This document shows positions 57,875 to 64,000 of a stretch of DNA of 64,000 bases, piece after piece (within the stretch, counting starts at the first letter, position 1; each line of letters opens with the position of its first letter). This DNA comes from an uncultured Latescibacterota bacterium. GTDB lineage: Bacteria; Latescibacterota; UBA2968. Where the stretch lies: assembly GCA_958295785.1 (NCBI GenBank), contig OY282377.1, forward strand, positions 2,880,385 through 2,944,384, in the 5' to 3' direction. Below the pieces are notes generated by a model. That model saw only the letters and a program-made list of their open reading frames with translations. It ran no database searches and had not been told where the DNA came from. Both the position numbers and the translations under genes were made by a program.

Positions 57875-58615
57875 ATGAAACGCTATGTGATCGCAATGCT
57901 GATCCTGACAGGTCCTGTCAGCGCGGAAAACGCGGACAAGATGTCGACGGGAGATGGGAAGACCGACGCGATTATGGTCGAGATTCAAAAGCAGGTCAGA
58001 GAAATTGACCGCTGTGCGGGGATGCAAACGACCGTTATTCGCATTATGGATCGGGAATTGACGCTTCGGGCCAACGCGGCATTTCAGCGCCCCAACCTGA
58101 TGCGCCTCGACACGGTGCAAGATCGAGAACTCGTTTCCCAACGCCTGTCTGATGGCGGCCTGATGTGGACGTATGACCGGGCCGAGAAAATCGCCTCCAA
58201 AGTGAACCTGGGGCGCGTCTATCGCATGACCAATCTCGAAGCCGATGCGGACCAAGCCGATCCCCTGCGCCCGTTTCGCGGCTTGGAATGGACGACCATT
58301 CGCTACGTGGGGGACGAGATATTCGACGAACGACCCCACCGCGTCTTTGAGGCCAAACCCAAAGTCAATCTTTTGCACGCGCAATTGAACATCCCGCTCG
58401 TCAAAGCACAACTGACCATCGACGCCGAAAATGGCCTGTTGCGCCGAACCCGGCTTTTTGATGCGTCAGACAACGAGATCATCGCGCAGACGTTTCACAA
58501 CCTGACCGTCAATCCCGACCTGAAAGACGCAAAGTTTGAATTTATCGTGCCTTCGGGCGCGCATATTATCGACGCCACCGACGAGGCGATAAAAGCCCTC
58601 AAAGGGGTTGAGTAG
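57875..58615 (+). CDS. secreted LolA-like (lipoprotein-carrier fold) protein
   Basis: Signal peptide. The size and beta-rich pattern resemble LolA/LppX-like proteins. This is weak motif-level evidence. Confidence 0.4.
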   Translation: MKRYVIAMLILTGPVSAENADKMSTGDGKTDAIMVEIQKQVREIDRCAGMQTTVIRIMDRELTLRANAAFQRPNLMRLDTVQDRELVSQRLSDGGLMWTYDRAEKIASKVNLGRVYRMTNLEADADQADPLRPFRGLEWTTIRYVGDEIFDERPHRVFEAKPKVNLLHAQLNIPLVKAQLTIDAENGLLRRTRLFDASDNEIIAQTFHNLTVNPDLKDAKFEFIVPSGAHIIDATDEAIKALKGVE

Positions 58616-58645
58616 CGGCAGATCCTTACAAGAGAGGATCACAAC

Positions 58646-59821
58646 ATGGTGTCTGAAACCATCGTGAAAGACATATCCCGTGCGGTTGATCGAGACCGGT
58701 TATTATCGACCGCTATCGATCTCATTTCCATTCCCAGCCCGACGCGCAGCGCGGACAAAATCTCGAACAGATTGTCTGAAATTTTACAAAACGACGGTTT
58801 TGCGGTCGAGCGCGTAGAAGCCAACTGGCCCAAAGCCCCGGCCGTGGTCGTGCGGTTCGAATCGGGCAAGCGCGGGCGCACCTTGCAATTTGACGGTCAT
58901 CTCGATACCGTCCACCTGCCCTACGTGCCCCCGCGCATCGACAACGGTATTTTGCGCGGATTGGGTGCTGCCGACATGAAAGGCGGGATCGCGGCTTGTG
59001 TCGAAGCCCTGCGGGCACTCCGCGAGACCCGCGCATTGCCCGCGGGCGAGGTGTTGTTCACCGCTCACGATCATCACGAAGGCCCCTGGGGCGACAAACG
59101 CCAGATCAAAGGGCTGATTGACGCGGGTTATGTGGGCGATGCGGTGCTCTTTCCCGAATACTTATCCAACCGCTTGCCGCTGGCGGGTCGCGGTATGGCT
59201 ATTTTTCAAATGACCATCCATCGTACAGGCGAAGCTATCCACGAAGTTCTGCGCCCCGCCGATCTGCCCGATGTGTTGGGCACAGGCGCGAAACTCATTG
59301 GGCAACTCGGCGCATTGGGCAAACAGATCAGCGCGAACGCGCATCCTTATATGGGCAATGATTCGGTATTTGTCGGGCAAATCTCATCTGGCGAAATCTA
59401 TAACCAATCGCCCGCGCAATGCCACATTCAGGGGACCCGTCGATGGGTGCAACCGGGATATGCCCCTGCCGCTCGCGCCGAACTCGAAACCCTGGTGGAA
59501 CGCCTTGCCGAAACCAGCAACACCCAAATTGATCTCAACTGGCAAACGCGGGCCGATGCGTTCTCAGTTGCAGAAACCGACCCCATTGTTCTGGCCTTTC
59601 AAAATGCCCATCGCGCCATTGCCGGGCATCCACTCCCTTTTGGTGACAAACCCTTTGTCGATGACGGCAATCGCTACGCGGCGCTGGCCGATGTACCGGT
59701 TTTGACACACGGCCCAAACGCACGGGGTGCCCACACCACCGACGAATGGGTGCCTCTTGACGAACTCGTGCGCGTCGCTCGAGTCTATGCCCTCACAGCT
59801 ATCGGCTACTGCAACTGCTGA
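58646..59821 (+). CDS. M20-family metallopeptidase (ArgE/DapE-like deacylase)
   Basis: FDGHLDTVH zinc-binding motif, GAADMKGG, and C-terminal HGPNARGAHTTDEWV. Confidence 0.8.
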   Translation: MVSETIVKDISRAVDRDRLLSTAIDLISIPSPTRSADKISNRLSEILQNDGFAVERVEANWPKAPAVVVRFESGKRGRTLQFDGHLDTVHLPYVPPRIDNGILRGLGAADMKGGIAACVEALRALRETRALPAGEVLFTAHDHHEGPWGDKRQIKGLIDAGYVGDAVLFPEYLSNRLPLAGRGMAIFQMTIHRTGEAIHEVLRPADLPDVLGTGAKLIGQLGALGKQISANAHPYMGNDSVFVGQISSGEIYNQSPAQCHIQGTRRWVQPGYAPAARAELETLVERLAETSNTQIDLNWQTRADAFSVAETDPIVLAFQNAHRAIAGHPLPFGDKPFVDDGNRYAALADVPVLTHGPNARGAHTTDEWVPLDELVRVARVYALTAIGYCNC

Positions 59822-60009
59822 AGAAAGATCGCAGGGACAGGCGTGTGTCCATGGAGGTAGCGCAGCACTTGTATATTAGCTATCAGCGGTCAGCAAAACA
59901 TGTGCTGAAGCGATGCTATTCAGTACATGCAACGCAGTGTCTTGGGGCGGATGAGCAAGGGCTAAAAGCCGAAAGCTGATAGCTGATAGTTACATGAGAG
60001 GAAGGTCTC

Positions 60010-60483
60010 GTGACAACAACACGTTGGCGCGTTGCCCTATTGGGCTGGATGCTCTTGATTTTTTTCGCTTCAGGCAACTGGCTAGCATGGCAAATAACGG
60101 AAAAATTAATCGTTGCTTTGTGGCCTTCAGTTCTGTTCAGCGACGGCCCCCCACAACCACAATCGAGCAAATTCATATTTGTGCATACTGCGATACGCAA
60201 ATTTGCACACATCGTAGAATACGCTATCTTGACCTATTTGTGGTTCCGCTCCCTTTGGACAGTGCCGAGCCGATTTATCTCCTGTATGCGGTGGAGCATG
60301 TTGCTATCCATTCTCTATGCGATGTTGGACGAATGCCATCAATATTTTTTGTTTTTTCGCGATGGTCAATGGGCCGATGTGTTTTGGGACAGTACAGGAA
60401 TCGCAATGATGGGTCTGGTATTGTGGTATGTGAAACGCACGGGAAAGGGAAAGTGGATTTTAGGCGCGAATGGCAGTCAATAG
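60010..60483 (+). CDS. VanZ-like family membrane protein (paralog 1)
   Basis: FAHIVEYAILTYLWFRSLW and LDECHQYF motifs, four TM helices. Confidence 0.65.
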   Translation: MTTTRWRVALLGWMLLIFFASGNWLAWQITEKLIVALWPSVLFSDGPPQPQSSKFIFVHTAIRKFAHIVEYAILTYLWFRSLWTVPSRFISCMRWSMLLSILYAMLDECHQYFLFFRDGQWADVFWDSTGIAMMGLVLWYVKRTGKGKWILGANGSQ

Positions 60484-60518
60484 TCCCTTTGTGGCCTCTT
60501 TAGGCAAAGAGAGATTAC

Positions 60519-60953
60519 ATGACCACAACACATTGGCGCGTCGCCTTGATTGTGTGGATGGGGGCTATTTTTATATTTTCGACCAGCCTGTTATCGGCTG
60601 AAAATACAGCAAAACATTTTGGCGACTTGAATTATTTGGCCCGCAAATTTGCACATATCGCAGAATACGCTATCCTGGTCTATTTGTGGTTCCGTTCTCT
60701 ATGGACGAAGCCGAGCCGATTTATCTCCTGTGTGCGTTGGAGTATGTTGCTATCCATTCTCTATGCGATGTTGGACGAATGGCATCAAACTTTTGTCCCC
60801 AACCGAGATGGTATTTGGACCGATGTGGTTTGGGATAGTATAGGGATCATCGCCATGGGGCTGATATTGTGGTCTGCGAAACGCACGGGAAAAGAACAGC
60901 GAATTTTGGGATCCATTGGCGGTCAAGAGCCTGTTTCTCTGTCTCGTGAGTAG
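60519..60953 (+). CDS. VanZ-like family membrane protein (paralog 2, tandem duplicate)
   Basis: About 70% identical to the upstream paralog: KFAHIAEYAILVYLWFRSLW and LDEWHQTF. Confidence 0.65.
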   Translation: MTTTHWRVALIVWMGAIFIFSTSLLSAENTAKHFGDLNYLARKFAHIAEYAILVYLWFRSLWTKPSRFISCVRWSMLLSILYAMLDEWHQTFVPNRDGIWTDVVWDSIGIIAMGLILWSAKRTGKEQRILGSIGGQEPVSLSRE

Positions 60954-60982
60954 GTTGATCGCCTTTCAACGGGAAACCCATC

Positions 60983-62296
60983 ATGACCAAATCTGGAAAA
61001 ATTGAAAAACCCAATATCCTCTTTATCCTCGCCGACGACATGGGGTGGGGTGACGTCAGCTATCACGGCTCACCGATCCACACGCCCAATATCGACCGCC
61101 TTGCGGCCACGGGCATTGAGCTCGACCAGCACTATGTCTGCCCGATGTGTACTCCCACCCGCACCTGTCTTTTGACGGGTCGCCATCCCGGTCGCTTTGG
61201 ACGCCATGCGACCGTGCCTTCCAACGCGCCCGTCCTGCCAGATGGCTACGAAACTTTGGCCGTATCCCTCCGCAACGCGGGTTATGGAACCGGGCTTTTT
61301 GGCAAATGGCATTTGGGATCATCGCCCGAATACGGGCCCAATGAATTTGGATTCAACACCGCGTATGGCAGCCTAGCCGGCGGCGTTGACCCGTATAACC
61401 ACCGCTACAAATCAGGCCCTTACAGCGTCACCTGGCACCGCAATGGCGAACTCGTGGAAGAGCGCGGTCACGTCACGGATCTCATCGCACGCGAAGCCAT
61501 TCAGTGGATCGAAGCACAAACAGGCCCTTGGTTTTGCTATGTGCCGTTCACCGCGGTTCACACCCCCATCAAAGCACCGCAACACTGGATCGACCGCTAT
61601 TCAGACCGTCGCTACGATTCTGACGATGACAGAGATCGCTCGTTCAAAACCTACGCGGCCTACGCCAGCCAGATGGATCACGCGATTGGGCAACTCGTCG
61701 AAACCCTCGCCCGCACATGCCAGCGCGAAAACACCATCATCATCTTTTCATCGGACAACGGCGCCATCCCTTCAAACCCGATTCACGACACGGACAAATA
61801 TCCCGGCCGCCATGAAGAAATGCCCCGCTTGGGCAGCAACTTGCCCCTGCGAGGCAAAAAATCTCAACTCTACGAAGGCGGCATCCGCACACCCTCCCTG
61901 ATCAATTGGCCCTTTCGCCTCCCGCGCGGCAAATGCTTTCACCCCTTGCACATGACCGATTGGATGCCCACCCTGACCCATCTCGTGGGCTATACCCCGA
62001 GCACCGATCCCCAATGGGACGGACAGAACATTTGGCCCTTGCTCGCGGGCGATCAACCCTTGCCCGACGAACGGTCAATTTTCTGGAACTTCAGGGGATC
62101 GTCCTTTGGCATGCGTACAGGCCCTTGGAAATTGATCTGCGAAGAAGGCCAGGCCCCGGAAGAAACCGAACTTTTTCACATCGGCTCCGACCCTTTTGAA
62201 ACGACAAATGTCGCATCCGAACAGCCCGACCGCGTCTATCGCATGGTCGAACAAATCGCCGATGCGCGAAAACGCGACGACAGTTCAAAAAGGTGA
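60983..62296 (+). CDS. sulfatase (formylglycine-dependent)
   Basis: NILFILADDMGWGD and CTPTRTCLLTGRHP (C-x-P-x-R) motifs. Confidence 0.85.
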   Translation: MTKSGKIEKPNILFILADDMGWGDVSYHGSPIHTPNIDRLAATGIELDQHYVCPMCTPTRTCLLTGRHPGRFGRHATVPSNAPVLPDGYETLAVSLRNAGYGTGLFGKWHLGSSPEYGPNEFGFNTAYGSLAGGVDPYNHRYKSGPYSVTWHRNGELVEERGHVTDLIAREAIQWIEAQTGPWFCYVPFTAVHTPIKAPQHWIDRYSDRRYDSDDDRDRSFKTYAAYASQMDHAIGQLVETLARTCQRENTIIIFSSDNGAIPSNPIHDTDKYPGRHEEMPRLGSNLPLRGKKSQLYEGGIRTPSLINWPFRLPRGKCFHPLHMTDWMPTLTHLVGYTPSTDPQWDGQNIWPLLAGDQPLPDERSIFWNFRGSSFGMRTGPWKLICEEGQAPEETELFHIGSDPFETTNVASEQPDRVYRMVEQIADARKRDDSSKR

Positions 62297-62489
62297 AGAG
62301 GAGAGTGAAGAGAAGCACTGCCTCTAATCCTGAAAATCCTCTAATCCTTCAATTCTGATTCAGAGGGAAGTTGGGCGGGGACTGACCACTGACCCCTGCT
62401 TTTCTTGCTTTTGTGCCTCTTGTGCCTTTTGTGGCGAAATTCACTTCTCACTCCTCGCCTTTTATCCCGATTTCCAAAAGGAGTTATCC

Positions 62490-63809
62490 ATGTCTCACCG
62501 CAACGTTCTCTTACTCATTGCCGACGACTGGAGTCCCATTGCCGGATGTTATGGCAATGAGGTCATCAAAATGCCCAGCGTAGATGCGCTCGCCGCGCGC
62601 GGCACGTTATTTCAGCACGCCTTTTGCACCACCCCGTCTTGTGCGGCCAGCCGCGCCAATTTGCTCACCGGGCACTACAGCCACACGCACGGGCAATACG
62701 GGCACTCGCACGGGATTCACAATTTTCACACGCATCTCACCATGCCGTCCGTCCCCAAAGTCTTGCAAGCCGTGGGATTCCAGACCGGCGTCGTGGGCAA
62801 ACTCCACGTCCAACCCGAGTCGGTGTATCCCTGGCACTACGAGGCCGGCGGCGGGCGCAATGTGCGCGGGATTGCGGACAATATTGCCGCGTTTTTTGAG
62901 ACGATTGACAGGGAGCAACCCTTTTATTTGCACGTTGGATTTTCCGATCCCCATCGGGATTTTGGCAATACCCGAACCTATCCCGGGGTGCCCGAAACCG
63001 CGTATTCGCCCGACGAGGTCATCGTGCCCGATTTTTTGCCCGACCATCCGGACGCGCGCCAGGAATTTGCCGAATACTACCAATCCGTCTCGCGCTTGGA
63101 CACGGGCATTGGCATGGCCGTGCGCGCATTGCAAGACGCGGGCCGCGATGACGATACGATGATCATCGTGATGAGCGATCACGGCATGCCGTTTCCGGGC
63201 GGCAAAGCCTCCTCGTTTGACACGGGCCACCACTGCCCGCTCATCATCGTGCGTCCCAATGCAGAGGCCGTCGTCAGCGATGCCTTGGTCAACTGGAGCA
63301 ACATCGCGCCGACGGTTTTTGACTGGTGCGGCGTCGATCCGCCCGAGGGATTGCCTGAAAAATCCCTGCTGCCCGTTCTCGACCAGGCCCATCCCGAAGG
63401 CTTTGACGAAACCTTTTTTTCGCACACGTTCCACGAAGTCACCAACTACTATCCCTATCGCGTCTTGCGCGGGCGCAAATACAAATACGTCCGCAACCTC
63501 TATCCGGAACTCACCACCCCGTTGCCGAGCGACCTGTGGGCATCGCCCACATGGCAGGCCATTCGCAGGGAAAATTTGAACATGGGCAAACGCCGCACGG
63601 AAAAATTTCTGCACCAAGACGCCGAAGCCCTCTTCGACATTGAAAACGATCCCATGGAATCCACCAACATCATTGACGACCCCGCAGTTCAAGACATCGC
63701 CGAAACCATGCGCCAAAAAGTCCGCACTTTCCGCCGAGAAACCCAAGACCCCTGGTGCCTGGCGTCTTACCACGCTGGCGAACCGGGGATGAGGTCGGTG
63801 GTGAAGTGA
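62490..63809 (+). CDS. sulfatase (sulfamidase-like)
   Basis: VLLLIADDW, SCAASRANLLTGHY (C-x-A-x-R) and IIVMSDHGMPFPGGK motifs. Confidence 0.85.
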   Translation: MSHRNVLLLIADDWSPIAGCYGNEVIKMPSVDALAARGTLFQHAFCTTPSCAASRANLLTGHYSHTHGQYGHSHGIHNFHTHLTMPSVPKVLQAVGFQTGVVGKLHVQPESVYPWHYEAGGGRNVRGIADNIAAFFETIDREQPFYLHVGFSDPHRDFGNTRTYPGVPETAYSPDEVIVPDFLPDHPDARQEFAEYYQSVSRLDTGIGMAVRALQDAGRDDDTMIIVMSDHGMPFPGGKASSFDTGHHCPLIIVRPNAEAVVSDALVNWSNIAPTVFDWCGVDPPEGLPEKSLLPVLDQAHPEGFDETFFSHTFHEVTNYYPYRVLRGRKYKYVRNLYPELTTPLPSDLWASPTWQAIRRENLNMGKRRTEKFLHQDAEALFDIENDPMESTNIIDDPAVQDIAETMRQKVRTFRRETQDPWCLASYHAGEPGMRSVVK

Positions 63810-64000
63810 TAGTCAGCGATTAGCGATCAGTGACCCGCCCATCCGCAGATGGCAGGCAATCTTAGGGGCGGTGCTTCCGTGCCATTTGTTCCAGTTGGGA
63901 AATTGCAACGCGGGTCGGTGCTATCGGCAACCTGCTGTTGGGTCAATTCATTCGCATTGATAGCTGATTTTCAAACAAATTCAAAACTTCACAAAATACA

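Overview
64-kb window from a high-GC (~60%) bacterial contig. The gene content suggests a sulfated-glycan-degrading, envelope-rich Gram-negative bacterium, possibly a marine PVC-/Poribacteria-like lineage. Evidence: three sulfatases, a heparinase II/III-like lyase, a Gfo/Idh/MocA oxidoreductase, a dockerin-domain protein, outer-membrane beta-barrel proteins and a LolA-like protein.

Layout from start to end:
(i) 1-961: a partial AAA ATPase plus a translationally coupled small partner, a candidate two-gene defence-like module.
(ii) 1020-3113: a PQQ-sugar dehydrogenase fused to cytochrome c, a lipoprotein carrying a novel ~105-aa C-terminal domain.
(iii) 3148-6735: an IS pile-up. An IS1595-family element is split by a nested IS701-like element with a 5-bp target-site duplication (TSD). 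A degenerate IS630 element lies beside it.
(iv) 6695-15191: a tandem array of four GT-C-like polytopic membrane glycosyltransferase paralogs. Three of them share the same novel C-terminal domain as the PQQ-DH/cytochrome c protein. One has a C10 homopolymer tract, one a 33-bp tandem duplication, and one a double frameshift.
(v) 15954-28333: housekeeping and metabolic genes (Zn-ADH, GGT, GDH, cytidylate-kinase-like, SelA/DgaE-like, NUDIX, sulfatase, MFS, rph, amidohydrolase).
(vi) 28411-35902: the most unusual locus, a translationally coupled three-gene operon of dynamin-like GTPases. The largest carries about 500 aa of near-perfect tandem coiled-coil repeats, a dynamin GTPase core, and three C-terminal ComEA-type helix-hairpin-helix DNA-binding domains.
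(vii) 36000-64000: Gfo/Idh/MocA, heparinase II/III, FlaR-like kinase, tRNA-Thr(UGU), ddl, DedA, a secreted/outer-membrane gene block, crcB, CreD-like, an enolase-superfamily enzyme, nadA, a ManC-like enzyme, an M20 peptidase, two VanZ paralogs and two sulfatases.

Intergenic regions from ~20 kb onward are packed with a mosaic of short repeat modules. A ~340-bp conserved non-coding element occurs in two inverted copies that bracket a 5.3-kb block of surface-protein genes. Three paralogous XhlA-like small membrane proteins with coiled-coil repeats are scattered through the window. One of them sits directly behind a (GAAAAA)n repeat.

All functional calls come from motif recognition by eye; no database searches were run.
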